The notes under the pieces were generated by a model. That model ran no database searches. It saw only the letters and a program-made list of their open reading frames with translations, and was not told the DNA's origin. Both the position numbers and the translations under genes were made by a program. From assembly GCF_009914755.1 (NCBI RefSeq), contig NC_060941.1: a stretch of 64,000 nt of DNA; one strand, 5' to 3'. This document shows positions 17,554-33,244 of this stretch, piece by piece (position 1 is the stretch's first letter; the number at the start of each line of letters is the position of its first letter). The DNA comes from the human T2T-CHM13v2.0 reference genome, Homo sapiens.

Positions 17554-18018
<465 letters not shown>

Positions 18019-18766
18019 CCCTTCTGCTTATTTGCTCTTGCATTATAATCCTCACAGCAACCTTGAGTGGGAGAAGGGGACAGAAGAAAATTTTTTGTGT
18101 GGTTTTTTAAAAAAATCCTCATTTCCCAGAGGAAGACGCTGAAACTCAGAGAGGTTAAATCTCTGCTTGCCCACGGTCACTCGGCATAGATGTGGCTGAG
18201 TCCAGATTCTAACGCTGTAGCCTCCTCGCCATCCAAGCTGGGCCTGTGGCCTGGCAGTGTTCGCTTCCTCCTCTTGCTGGTTTTCCAGGAAGAATCCTAA
18301 AGTACCTTTGCAGAGTGGGCCAGCTCTGTCCGAAGCCTCCCACGAGCTCCCGGATCTAAGAGGGGATTGAGCCAAGCGAGAATCTCCAAGCCCAGGCCCC
18401 TCCCCAAACTGGCTGCCTGCAGAGGCTTAGAAAGCCTGCCCAGCCTAGTAAGGAAAACCAATGCCCTGGCCAAAGTCTCTCCTGTCCTCCAGCCACCTCG
18501 GCCCTCCAGCCACACCCTCCTCTGTCCTGCAGGCTGCCCTGGCCTCCGTGCTCCCTGAAAGAGCTCCTGAAGCCTCTGCTTCCTCCCCTCGCCCAGGGAT
18601 AGGTGGTCTCTGACCCAGTCCACGGAGATGCCCCCTTCTTGGAAGTTTCCGGGAAGAGAAATTCGGTCGCCTTTGCTGGCGATGTTGCAGAGCCTCCTCT
18701 TACAACCGACAGCCTTCCTGTGTCCGTCCTCCACACTTCTGCTTTCTCTGAAGCCTGATTCCTTAA

Positions 18767-19090
<324 letters not shown>

Positions 19091-19245
19091 TCTCTCTTTC
19101 TTAACAACCTCTCTGAGGGCTCAAGGGGAAGGAACCCTACCCTTCAGCCCCGGGGCCCTATTTTGCCCGCTGACTCTGAAGCTGAGACTCTGCCTGATGC
19201 CACAGCCCCAGGATCCAGGCCCCTCCCTCTCCACCTGCATCTCCT

Positions 19246-19538
<293 letters not shown>

Positions 19539-21779
19539 TGAATCTCCCTTACTAAGGTCAACAAACACTAGTGACCTCCACTGAGAGCTGGTGAGAACTA
19601 ACCTCATGCCAGGGATGCCAGGAATGGTTGGATGGTGAATGGTGTTGGGGTTCAGCTTGTGCTGGGCACACCTAAAGCCAGCCAGGGTTCCAGTCCCAAC
19701 ATGACCAGGCCCTGCCTGTCCCTTCATTGAACAAGTATTTCCTGAAGTCTGTGCTATGTAATAGGAAGCGGTTTTTTTTTTAAAGTCCCCAAACAAGCCA
19801 AGGATGGAGGAGAATTAATAAAAGACAAACAATGGAATAACTGTGACCCCTGTGTCCCCATTGTAGAAGAGTACAACCTAGTCACAACCTAGTCGTAGTT
19901 CATGTTTGACTTTGGGATGAAGAGGAGGCATACTCCTGAATGCTGACAATGGTCATCGCTAGCTGGTGGCCTTTTAGGTGACTTTTATATACATTTGCTG
20001 CGCTTTCCAAACTTTCTATGCTGTAAGATGGAATTTTTATAAGCAGAGGAGCCCTGGCAAGCCTGAGTATTTGTTGAGAGCCTCTTAAGGAAAGCTCGTT
20101 GTCTACAGCCTCTGGGTCTGGAGGATGGGGCAGAGGTCAGCTGGTCCATGCCTTCTCCTCCCTACAGGGGCACACCCAGATCAGTCGATAAATTGCCTGG
20201 CCCCACCTGTGCAGGCTGGGTGAGGCTGCCTGGGTGGAGAGCCTGGGCCCAGGGGGCCCCTGGAGACTCTGACCCCAGCCAGAGTCCATAACAACCACAG
20301 GACCAGAAGGCAATGAATGGGTAACATCCACCATGGGCCTTATAACCTCCTCCCCGGCCCAGCCAGGCTGGGAAGCAGAGGAGAAGAGATGGGGGTGCTG
20401 GTTGTCTCAAGGAGAGGGACCCCAGTGTGGAACAATAATGCCTCTTGCACAGGCTGTTGGGGGAATTAAATGTGATGACTGGCCCACAGGCCACAGAGGA
20501 GGAAACACTCAGTAAACATTGTTGGGCATGTGGATAAATGCACAAGCTGGCCGTGCTCCCTTATGGGGTTGGAAATCCTCTCCACACTGCAGAGTTGTAA
20601 AGTATCCTCTCCTTTACGATCTGGGTGGGAAGCACTCTCTGCTCCTGAATTCCCCCACACAGGCTGCAGCAGGATGTCCATGGCTGAGGCAGCCAGAACC
20701 ACTCTTGATATCTGGCTCCCGAAGGTCTCTCGGTGCCCTGGGGCCCAGGCAGCCCCTGTTGGAAGTGCCACGTCCAGTCCTACCAGAGCCCAAGCTGCAG
20801 CCACAGAAACCAAAAGGATGATAGCTTTGTGGGAAACTCAAACATTAAAAAGAATAAAAAATTTAAAAACTGTGAAGGCCAAAAGAAGTCCATCTGTGGG
20901 CTGCGATCTCTGTTCTAAATTTTAGCATTGATCTTACTAAAATAACACCTTTGCATTTTTATCAGGGCCTTTCTGTGGAATGATTTCCTCCAAAGAGAGA
21001 GACCCCAGTGGTGGGAAGCTCAGGCCCTTTGGCTGTGTCCAGGTCGCACTAGGCATCTGTGTGTCCTGTGCTGACTGACCAGCTGTGCTCCCCAGAATCC
21101 ATCTTCAGGCACCAGTGGATCTGAGATTTTGGCAACAGTCCAGGGCATTGAGGTTTTGCCAGAAAATAAGGTAGAGGCCTCTCTGGAAGCAGAGGGCGTC
21201 AGCTATGCCCTGTGTTTGCAGAGATCATCTGCTACAAGGCTGTGGGTTTGGGATTCTGGGGCAGGTGGAGTCCCAGAAACATCCTCTCCCCAGGCTAAGC
21301 AGATTAAGGTTTCCACCTGTTCTTCCCTTCAATAATCCCTGCATTTGATTCTCTAACTAAACAGGAACCAGGCCAGGTAGATGATCATGATTTCCATTTT
21401 GCAAATGAAGAAACTGAGGCTCAGCAAGTGACTTACCCGAGGTTGCACAGGGACTAAGTTCAAGCCCTAAGAATTAGGACCATTTTATAGCAGATCTCCT
21501 AAAGGCCACAGGTATCTTATGATATTCTACCCCAGCAGACTTTGTGGCTCTTGTGGCTAATGAAATTTCTTTCTCTTTGTAAACTGTATTTTTTAATCAT
21601 TATGCAAACTTCATGTTAATATCTATTACAAGAACCCTCAAAGACCAAAAGATAATCCATAACCCATGAACATCATTATATTGTATTTTCACATTCTACC
21701 CTCCAATCATCGTTCATAGAAAATCCTTTTCCTTGCCTCTGAGATACACAGTTTCAAATTTCTAAACTGTAAAGGTGCA

Positions 21780-22074
21780 TTTGTTTGTTTTGAGATAGGG
21801 TCTCACTCTGTTGCCCAGGCAGGAGTGCAATGACACCATCATGGCTCACTGTAGCCTCAGCCTTCTGAGTTGAAGCGATCCTCCCACTCAGCCTCCCAAG
21901 TAGCTGGGACTACAAGCACGCACCACCATGTCTGGCATTTAAAAAAACTTTTTTTGCTGGGGAGAGATGGGGGTCTCACTGTGTTGCCCAGCTGGTCTCT
22001 AACTCCTGGATTCAAGCGATCCTCTAACCCAGGCCTCCCAAATTGCTGGGATTACCAGCATGAGCCACTGCACT
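21780..22074 (-). mobile_element. AluJ-like
   Basis: Diverged reverse dimer. Confidence 0.9.
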
Positions 22075-22804
22075 GAGTACAAATGTGTCTCATAGTTGAT
22101 GTATACACACAATGTGCCTGCAAATGTATGCATTTTCTTTCCACCAAAAAAAACCCTGTCTTTGTACATCAATTATGTGTCATATAATCAAGGAAACACG
22201 ATAGATCATTTTATAGAGATGTAAGAAAATCATCAATATGATTTGCTTCCCACTTCATTCACTTCCCTTTATATTCCCTGGCATTGGCCAAGGTTTTAAA
22301 ATAAAGACAATTCAGTATTTCCTAATCCCTGGCCAGCTGGCCACCTGGCCACCTGCCACCCCAGGCACTTGGGCACTGGAACTAACTTTAATATAAATCA
22401 AAACAGCAAGAGGATGTGTGTAAGCCCCTGCTCTAGAAATTCCAAGGGGAAATGGGAAGGAGAGAAACTAATGCTTAATGAGCATCTGCTATGTGCCAGC
22501 CTCGTGCGGTGGAATTGGAGGAGTGAGGAGGGCTTCTGTCTCCAGACTGTAAAGGAGAGGATGTTTCACCATTCTGAAGTCAGAGGGAGAAACGTTTCCA
22601 ACTGAATTAAGAGAGAAGAGCCCAACTTGCAGTGTTCCCTGGCCCCTGGTAATTAATTAATCAAAGTAAGGTTTTCTTTTCAAAAAGTGTCTTTAAATTG
22701 ACCATCTCTTGTAAAGCTGGTTATTTTCAGATGTGCCATGTTCCTGTAGGCACCAGCTTCACCTCACACTGCCTCGGTCTGAGATTGTGCGCCTGGAATT
22801 GTAT

Positions 22805-23100
22805 TGAGTCAGAATCACCTGGTGGGCTTGTGAAACTGCAGCTGGCTGGGCCCCACCCCCAGAGATTCTGATTCAGCAGATCTAAGGTGGGGTCTGAGAT
22901 TTTGCATTTCTAACAAGCTACCAGTGATGCCGATGCCACTGGTGCACTTTCGGATCACCTGAGGAGCTTTTTTTCAAAAAGACTGGTGCCTGGCTCACAC
23001 CCCCAGGATCTGATTTCACTGGCCTGGGTGCAGCCTGGCGTTAGGAATGCCATGGCTCCACAGGTGATTCTTGTGTGCTGCCCAGCCTAAGGGCCACTGG
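22805..23100. mobile_element. MER5-family DNA transposon copies (two adjacent)
   Basis: agaatcacctgg...gggccccacccccagagattctgattcag...tgcatttctaacaagct. Confidence 0.8.
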
Positions 23101-24059
23101 GTTTACCGAAAGAAGCCAGCAGACATGATGAGCATTTCCTGAGCCTATGAGATTCCTTGGATTTCAGGGACAACCTCCTAAGTCTTCCCAGATCAGGGCC
23201 TGCCAGGCAGAGAGTCTCTGAGGGATGGAGGGAAGCTGTCCTATATGAGCCGTACTTCCACACCTGTATCTTTCATACCAAGTCAACTGGTTGCTAATGC
23301 TAGTGGGGAAAACCATGTGAACTGATTAGTAAGATTTCTGGCTTCTCTGGCCAAGCTTCTGGACCACATGGCTGTTGCCAGTGCTCCCTCAGATGGCACA
23401 CACTTGCTAGCTTGCCACAGTCCCCATCACCCCCTAGTGTGTTACCCTCCTTGGCCTGAGACTCACTGATTTGAGCTACGTGGCGCCATTGATTGTCCGT
23501 CTTCCTGTTTGTGGTTGGGTGTGAATGGACAGGTGCTTTAGGAACGGGAACTCAGATCAGTACTTTCAAAGGAAGACAGGAGACACGGGAAAAGGACCCT
23601 GTGTGTGCTTTGAGGATGATGGTGACCTCAGGCCCTGCTCTTAGCCTAGAAGGGGTGGGGGATGTTAGACTGAAACCCAAGAGACTTGTAATCTCACCCC
23701 AGCTCTGTCGCTAATTTGCAGAGTGACTTTAGGTAACTAACACCGTCTCTCTATGCCTCAGTTTCCTCATCTGCAAAGTGATTGAGGGTAAGACATGCTG
23801 AGCACCCATGTCCTTCCTATTCTAGGAGCTGGAGAGAAAAGAGTCCAAGTCTTATAACTAAGAGTTGGGAGGAGGGGGACCCTGAAGCCTAGGGAGGGAG
23901 ACAGCTGGGCCCCAGGATGTGGGCTGGGAAGGAGGCACGGCTCGTATCCAGTTTAACCACAGGCCCAGCCATCCCCAGCTCCTCAAAGCTGGACTCTGCG
24001 CCCCCACCCATGTGTGCAGGTGAAGCCTAATTCTTATACCAACTCTGATGCGAGGCGTT

Positions 24060-24290
24060 GTGGGTAGTGGTTGAACCCTGGACTCTGGAGTCGATGTGGC
24101 CCAGTCCTGTGGCTCTGCCACTTCCTGGCTGTGTGGTCTCAGGCAGGTTACCAACCCCTCTGGAGTCTCAGTATCTCACATGTAGCATGGGCTAGTAATG
24201 GGTAGCTGTGGGGATCAAATGAGCTGTGCCCGGAAAGCATTTAGCTCTGTGTGTGGCAGATGCTCAGGGGTCACAATCATCATCATTAAG
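24060..24290 (+). mobile_element. MIR
   Basis: ggctctgccacttcctggctgtgtg...ctcagtatctcac. Confidence 0.7.
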
Positions 24291-24363
24291 AGGAGGCACT
24301 CAAGTTGTGCCTGGGGCCTCGTTTATGCCCCAGAATCTCAGCCCCAACCCCAAGATGTGTCTC

Positions 24364-24652
24364 TTTTTTTTTTTTGAGACAGAGTCTGGCTCTGTTGCCC
24401 ATGCTGAAGTACAGTGGCACGATCTCACTGCAACCTCTACCTCCTGGTTTCATACAATTCTCCTGTCTCAGCCTCCCGAGTAGCTGGGATTACAGGTGTG
24501 TGCCACCATTCCTGGCTAATTTTTGTATTTTTAGTGGAGACAGGGTTTCACCATGTTGGCCAGGCTGGTCTCGAACTCCTGACCTCAGGTGATCCACCAG
24601 CCTCGCCCTCCCAGAGTGCTAGGATTACAGGCGTGAGCCACCGCACCCAGCC
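24364..24652 (-). mobile_element. AluS
   Basis: TSD CCAAGATGTG on both sides. Confidence 0.93.
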
Positions 24653-24894
24653 CCAAGATGTGGGTCTTGATAATAGGGATCCCACTGCCCTCCTAAATTC
24701 CTATGATTGAGCCCAGCTTCCCCGAAATGGGGGTCTGGCCCAGCCCAAGTTCACTGAATGGCTCTCAGACTCCCTACAGACCTGAGCTCTTGCAATCAGG
24801 TCACCCTCTGCCCCTGCCCTAGTTTCCTCTGCCAGCTGCCACACTCAGGTGCCCTGAGGCATCCGGGACATGCAGTCAGGCAGTATAATCTCCC

Positions 24895-25150
24895 CTAGCT
24901 GTGTAACCTTGGGCAGGTTACTTAATCTCTCTGGGTTTTTGTAAAAGGGGAATGATAACCTCCACTAGATCCTAAGCTCCTCGAGGGAAGGGATGGTGTT
25001 TGCTTTATCCACCAGTGTATACCCAGCATCTAGTCCAGTGCCTGGCACATAGTAAGTGCTCAAAAAATATTTGTTGGATCAATGAATGGGTGGCCTAAGG
25101 ACTAAATTGAATAATATATGTGAAGCACAGTGCCAGGCACACAGTAGCCC
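24895..25150 (+). mobile_element. L2 3' end nested within a MIR
   Basis: MIR core, then taagctcctcgaggg...cagtgcctggcacatagtaagtgctcaaaaaatatttgttg, then MIR 3' part. Confidence 0.75.
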
Positions 25151-25499
25151 CTAAATTAATGTTTCTTGGAACTGAACCTATCTGATTCCCTGAACTTCTG
25201 TGTTTTCCTTTGTGCTTTCTTGTGGCCTACATGTTGGGACACATTCCAGGAACTTGGACCATGAATCGTTAAGACCTTGGTCATCACACTTGGCCCCTAC
25301 AAATACCTCTCAATTTCAGCAGTAGAGCCAGCCCCAGGGCCTGTCCCACAACCCTGGCCCACTTTATCTATCCTAACGAACTCAACAACCACGTCTGTGT
25401 GTACATCCATCCACCCATCCACTCACTCATTCATTCATTCAACACATTTTAAGGAGTGTCTACTGTCTCCATACTTCCTCCCCAGGCTCCCCCAAAGCT

Positions 25500-26332
25500 A
25501 TGGATTCCTACATACCATGGGTTACTTGATGTCTCCACCTGGGCCTGCCATGATGTTGTAAAAGGCCAAACCAGACCCTCCTTTTCTCATACCCACTTTT
25601 CCTCCAGGGCTCTCTAAGCTGATGGTGCCACTGCCAGCCTGGTCACCCAAAAGGGGAGCCCAAGAGTTGCCCATAATACCCCCAGATGGGCACCCAGGCC
25701 TGACTATTTATTTCCTATGTTCTTCTCAGATATCGTCCCTCCCAAACTTTTCTGCTCCATTAGCCTGGGGATCTCCAAGCTCTTTTTCCTGAGATTCTCT
25801 CTCCTCACTGCTCTATCCCCATTTCTCTCTCCCTCCTGTCTATCCTCTCAATGCTGCTCCCAGGAGGCTCCATTTCGTGCCCCCACCTTCAAGCCTCCCA
25901 ATTGCTTTCTGTCCAAACTGTTGGCCTGTTCTGAAGATTCTCACAATCTGGGGGCCCTGCGACCTGCTCAGCCTCATCTCCTGCTCTCTGTCTCATATGT
26001 CATAAAGAGTCCCCTGACCAGTATCATTCTATGTCTTACCTCCAGGGCTTACTCCTTCTGCCTGAAATGTCTTTCTTTCCTCAGCTCACCCCTTTACTTG
26101 GCCAACCCTTACTCACCATTCAAAGCCAGTTCAATGTCACCTGCTCCAAGAAAACTTTTCAGACCGCACCCAGCCTAGATTACAGACTCTTCAGCTCTGC
26201 TCCCATCTGACCCATGCCTGACTCCATCGTTGTAGTTACCACATTATTTCATAATTATCTGCTTATGTGTCTGGCTTCTGCATGCTTATTCATTGTTCTA
26301 CCCCTCTGTGCACAGTGCCTGGCACAGAGTAA
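25500..26332 (+). mobile_element. L2 3' region (tail resumes ~26850-26890)
   Basis: Pyrimidine-rich L2 motifs ending cacagtgcctggcacagagta. Confidence 0.65.
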
Positions 26333-26344
26333 CTCCCTTTGCAG

Positions 26345-26846
26345 ATACTATCGCTCGGTAACAAATCACCCCATAATTTAGTGGCTTAAAAGTGCTATTT
26401 AATCTTGCTCATGGTTTTGTGGGTGTAGAATTTGGGAAGGTCTCAGCCAGGCAGTTCTCATTTGGGTTCTGCCATGGACTGGATCACCCAAAGTCTCAAG
26501 GGGGTGCATGCAAATGGGCTTGGGTTCTGCCATGGCTGCATTGGATGCTGGCAATTGGCTGGGAGTTGGCCAGGCTTTCCACTGAGGTGTTACATGTGGC
26601 CTCTCGAGCACGGCAATCTCAGGGTAGTCAGACTTCCCCCGGAACCCGCGTCCCAAGAAAGCCAGAAGGAAGATGCACAGGCTTATCTAATCTAACCTTG
26701 AAAATCAGGCAGTATTGCTTCCACCACGTTCTATGTGTTACAAGTGAGTGGCTAAGGTCAGCCCAGATTCGAGGCGAGGGGACAGAAGCCCTGCCTTTCG
26801 ATGGGAAGAGTGTTAAAAAAATTTACAGACATGCTTCAAAACCACC
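26345..26846 (-). mobile_element. MLT1 (ERVL-MaLR) solo LTR inserted in L2 3' end
   Basis: aacaaatcacccc...tttagtggcttaaaa...gctcatggttttgtgggt...aatttggg and ggtcagcccagattc motifs. Confidence 0.8.
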
Positions 26847-26946
26847 AGAACCCTCAACACATGTTTGTTGCATGGATGGTTGAAGAGATGGATGCCAAGT
26901 TGCTTCCCACCTATCCCTATCCTGCCCCATGAATACCTAGTTCTGC

Positions 26947-27161
26947 TTTTTTTTTTTTTTTTTTGAGACGGAGTCTCGCTCTGTTGCCCAGGCTGGAGTG
27001 CAGTGGTGCCTTCTTGGCTCACTGCAACTTCCACCTCCCGGGCTCAAGACGAGGTCTCATTATATTGCCTAGGCTGGTCTGGAACTCCTGGGCTCAAGCA
27101 ATTCTCCCACCTTGGCCTACCAAAGTGCTGCGATTACAGACGTGAGCCACTGCATCCGGCC
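26947..27161 (-). mobile_element. Internally deleted Alu
   Basis: Right-arm end joined directly to left arm at gggctcaag|acgaggtctc. Confidence 0.85.
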
Positions 27162-27539
27162 AATATTTAGTTCTTTTCTTCCTGCCTCTTTCTCCTGCAC
27201 CACCGTGACTCCAGCACATTTGAGGGTTGGCAGAGTGGCCTGGTGGTAGAAGAACACAGGCTAGCAACCTATAGCTTCTGCCTCCATGTGCCTGCTGCCA
27301 GCTGGTGTGAGATGCTAAGACAAGTCCCTCTCCTGTCCTAGGCTTCAGTTTCCCTACCCAGATAATGAAGTGCTGGGCCAGATATTCTCTAAGATCCTCC
27401 CCACCTCCCACCTTCTGCTCTAACTTTAGGCATCTCTATAATTCCTACTTGCTTTCTGAAAAGGCAGCTGGAAGCCCAGGCCAGCTCCATGCTGCAAAGC
27501 TGCCCCCAGCCATCATGTCTTTGGGAGTTCGCATCTTAA

Positions 27540-28300
<761 letters not shown>

Positions 28301-28449
28301 GCAAAGGGCCGTGTTCAGCGCTCCACGGAATTGCAGGGCTGGGGGACACTCCATTCCTGCGTCCTAGAGAGCCTCTTTCAAGCAAGCTCTTTCAAGCAAG
28401 CAAGGAGTGCAAATCCTCCTGCCTGCAAATTGCGGGCTGTGAGGCCTGA

Positions 28450-29150
28450 GCCAACGCACTGGAGCTCTCTGAGAACGGCTGTGACGAGCCGAGCTAACAA
28501 TAGCCCTGCTTAGCAGCCCCGCGGCGGCTGACTTGGTGAGGCCCGCAGGCCCGCCCCAGCCCGCCCTCCCTCCGCCGTCCGGGCAGGAGGTGCAGGGGCA
28601 GCAGGGCCCGCCTGGCTCGCTGCGGCCGCTTATCAGAGCCGGCTGTGGCGCCGGTTACGTAACCGGGCGGCTAATGCTGTTTTACTTGTCGATGAAACCC
28701 AAATTAAAAGAGGAAATTATTGTCCTGATGCTCAACTCGCCTAATCCCCATCTGTCTCCTCTCTGGTCCCCCGCGCTGCCGAGCGCTCGCATCTAAAGGT
28801 CTTGAACGCGTTCCAGGTTTCTAATTTCGTTTGCTTATGCAACCAAAAATATTATGGCCGCGTTTCCTGGGGGTGATGAAGTCTATATTCTGGGCTACAG
28901 GCACACTAAAAACGGCAGCGCCAGGGCCCAGCGCCGCTCGCGCGTGCACCACGCGCCGGCTTTTTTTGGTTCCTCCGAGGCGCGGGCAGCTCTGCAGCCG
29001 CGGGGGCCGCAGGAGGTGGGGGCTGGACCCGCCCGGAGCTCGGGAGGGCCCGGGATGGCCCCGGGGAGCGCAGGTCCCGGCAGGGGCCGAGCGAACAAGG
29101 GCCGGCCTGGGGCGCCCAGAGACGCGGGGGACCGTTCTGGTCGCAGCTGC
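28450..29150. promoter_or_regulatory. Orphan CpG island 1 (candidate enhancer or lncRNA promoter)
   Basis: Dense CpG and GC, NotI site 28622-28629, AT-rich motif core ~28670-28900, palindrome 28651-28666. Confidence 0.85.
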
Positions 29151-29224
29151 CTGGGTGACCTCTTGGAACCTCAGCTTCCTCCTTGTTTTTTTTCTGATTC
29201 TGACTCTGATTCCTGTGTGCTGAA

Positions 29225-29286
29225 TCCAGGCTGTAGTGAGCTGTGATCACACCACTACATTCCAGCCTGGGTGGCAAAAGGAAGAT

Positions 29287-29340
<54 letters not shown>

Positions 29341-29345
29341 AGAGA
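29225..29345 (+). repeat. Alu 3' fragment followed by (GA)n microsatellite
   Basis: gctgtagtgagctgtgatcacaccact...ccagcctggg then (GA)n. Confidence 0.85.
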
Positions 29346-30679
29346 AATAAGGGAGACATCAACACCCTGGAATATTGTGTAGATGAGTTTTAAAAAAAAA
29401 ACAAGGTAGATCAAGATGTATTAACATGTATCAGATTGTTAAATTTCTTTAAGAAATAAAGTCATTGAAAAATAGAAAAATACAGAATATGGTTCAACTT
29501 GAGTTTTTAAAAATCCATGGGCTGGTGAGAAGCAAAACAGACTTCAGTGTTTTTACCCCACTTCTGTATTGTCTGAATCATCTGAAGAGACGCTGTTCAT
29601 GTATTTCTTGCATAATTTTAAGTATCTGATTTTAATGGTATGAGGGACGGGATAGCAGGGGCCTTCCTGACCCTGTAATTCTCTGGAAGCAGTGGTCAGA
29701 TCAGGAGTGGGACTGGCTGCAAGGCTTCTGCCCCCGATCCCCGACCCCAGGCTGGGGCTTCAGGATGCCCGACCACAGTGTTCTGAGGGCCTCTGACCAT
29801 CAGGAGGCCACTGGAAGTCTTAGGGCTGAGGGAGGCATGGGTACTGGGCCTGGGAGGGCAGACGCTGAGGGCAGAGCAAGGGCCCTGGAGTCAGAACCCA
29901 GGCTTCTAGTCCCTGGAGCATTGGCTCAAATGGCAGAGTCTCCCTTGTTCCTGCGGCCACTCTGGGTCTTGAGACTGGTGGCATCCTCTGCCCTGACAGC
30001 CAGGCCAGGACCAGTGCGAGGAGGAGCCAATGGACCCTGGCTGGCTCCGAGGCTGCGGGGCTGGGTGTGAGGCCTCACCTTAGCCAGTTCTGGAGATGTG
30101 CCCCTTGACGTGGCTTCTCTGGGCGAGGCCAGGCTCCCTGTGGGCCCCAGATGCAGAGAGCCAGGATTGATTCTCAAGCCACGAGGTACCCCCCATCCCT
30201 GAGATAGGCCCAGCCTATGTGCGTGGCCCTCATCAGCCAGACACTTGGAAATATCCGCACAGTTGCTGGAGAAGCAGAGAAGAGGCCGCTTGAACACAGG
30301 GAGCCATCTCCCACAGCACACCACAGACTTCCCCGGGTGCGCGCCGAGGAGCACGGATTCTGACAAGGCGTTATACCTTCAAATCAGGTTCTAATAGCCA
30401 AGAATTGCAGGAACCCCTGTGATGAACTAACTTAAGCAGGTTTCTTTACTTTAGGACTTCTCAGGACCTTTCCTATGCTGGGGTACATGATGAGTCTCCA
30501 TGAAGGTGTAATGAGTGCAACTTTTACTAGAAACCCACGGACTCAGGAGCCCTTTCCTTCCAGAGCATCTCACAGGGCTAGAGGGCTCCAAAAACACTGA
30601 GCCAATGAAGGTGGGAAACAAGCACTGAGGGTGCAGGACCATCGCAGACAGAGTTTGGGAAAACTTAAGAGGAGGATGA

Positions 30680-31641
<962 letters not shown>

Positions 31642-31809
31642 ATAAGAAGGTGTGAGAAAAGTGGAGGCCACCTCACCTGTGAGAGATTTGTTTAAAGACC
31701 AGTCCTGCTAATAGAATGCAGGTGGGTAGGGGGTGGGGAAAGCCCATCAACAGAGCAGGTGTGGGACTAACATTCATCTCTTTTCTCGGAGTTTGACACC
31801 TGGGCTCAT

Positions 31810-32210
31810 GCACATATGTGCACCTACCTAGGCACATACCCAAAGGTACACATACAAAAAGCTCACATACAAGCATGTGCTCACATGAAACACACACAAG
31901 CACACATGGAAGAACATATCTCCTCATGGGCACACTCGCATACAGCAAAGCACACACCCATGCACACCCCCAGGTGTGTGCCCACACAGACCCACCTGCC
32001 AAGGCAAACCCATACAAAACACATGGAAACACAGATGGAGGCACGCATATCCACACACATGAGCCGGAGCACACACAGACATGCACTCAGCGCATCACAC
32101 ATCAACACTCGCGTACACGCACTGGGGTGTGCATGCGGAAGACAGGTGCAGGCGCATGCTCAGAGCACGCACCTGCATCCACACACTACGCATTCACAAG
32201 CACAGCGTGT
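31810..32210. repeat. Degenerate (CA)-rich low-complexity tract
   Basis: Repeated cacac/catac/gcac units. Confidence 0.8.
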
Positions 32211-33244
32211 CTAAGGCCATAACAGCTTCCCTGCCTCTTTGCGGAGGTGGGGCCAGTGGGGGTGGGAGTGACACTGTGTTTTAGAGGGAAGCTGAAGGAC
32301 TCCCAAGCACGTTGAGTAAAGCAGTTCACAGAAGGCATATGTCCTTTGAGTATTTTTATCTTTAGCACTCATATGTCTAGCAGAGTCTGGGTGGCTCCAT
32401 ATTGCTACCAGGAAGGAGGACAAGTGGCTGGATTTGAAAGCAGATGGCCCCTGGGTGCAGAGGAAGGATACCCCTTGCTCCCTCCCCCGCCACACCACAG
32501 CGTTTCCTACCTCAACATATGGGGTCCCCCAAAGGCCTGTGCAAGCCACCTGCTTCCCACTGTGAAAACAGCTGGCAGAGCAGATTCCTCAGCCCCTAGC
32601 TGGGTGCCTGGAGAGAGGTTCTGACAGCCCCCAGCCTCCAACCAACCCCCGTCTCGGGAGCTCAGGTCTCCAGAGCACTTTGGGCCAGGACCATCAGTCT
32701 TGGGCCTGGGCTGTGACCCACTGTGGGCGGCTCTCTGCAGCTGCCTCGAATGTGTGCATGGATGGTGTTTTCCCCTATCCCTGAGCTGGCAGGAGGTCTG
32801 GGCACGTGCCCTGGCCCTCTGGCTGGTCAAGGACAAGCCGATGGATTTCGAAAGCTATTTAATCCCTGGGTTCTGACGCACCCGGTTCACCACCAAGCGG
32901 GATCTAGTGCCCACAATCTGATGTCAGAGGGCGGGAGTGGCCTTGGCCAGGCCTTGGCATGACTCCATCCCCTGCCCACATGGCACTGTGGTGGAGCCGG
33001 CAGGGAGCAAGAGGCGCCCAGAGCCTTCGCCTCTTGAATCACAACCATTTGTTAGGCTCGCAAACACCAGCATGGCCTAGAAAATGAGGTAAAACAATAA
33101 CAAGGAAAAATAATCAGGTGCTATTAAGTGAAAAGAGCAGATAAGCAAAACATTATAATCGTGTTTATTTGAGAACAGTAATAAATATATTTAGGCAGAG
33201 GGAAAAAACTGGAAAAACCAACAGTGACTATCTTTAGAAATGTA

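Noticed and set aside
20730-20880. Segment ending in AATAAA and A-rich sequence, possible processed-pseudogene tail
   Set aside because: No recognisable parent gene, clean poly(A) or TSD.
23380-23445. Two weak CTCF-like motifs in opposite orientation
   Set aside because: Both deviate at core positions and may lie in an unrecognised old repeat.
28533-29277. Overlapping ORFs in CpG island 1
   Set aside because: Pro/Arg/Gly/Ala-rich products typical of GC-rich non-coding DNA.
31673-32284. His/Thr- and Cys/Val-rich ORFs, and apparent complementarity to the GT-rich tract at 44050-44270
   Set aside because: A low-complexity (CA)n effect; no alignable inverted repeat.
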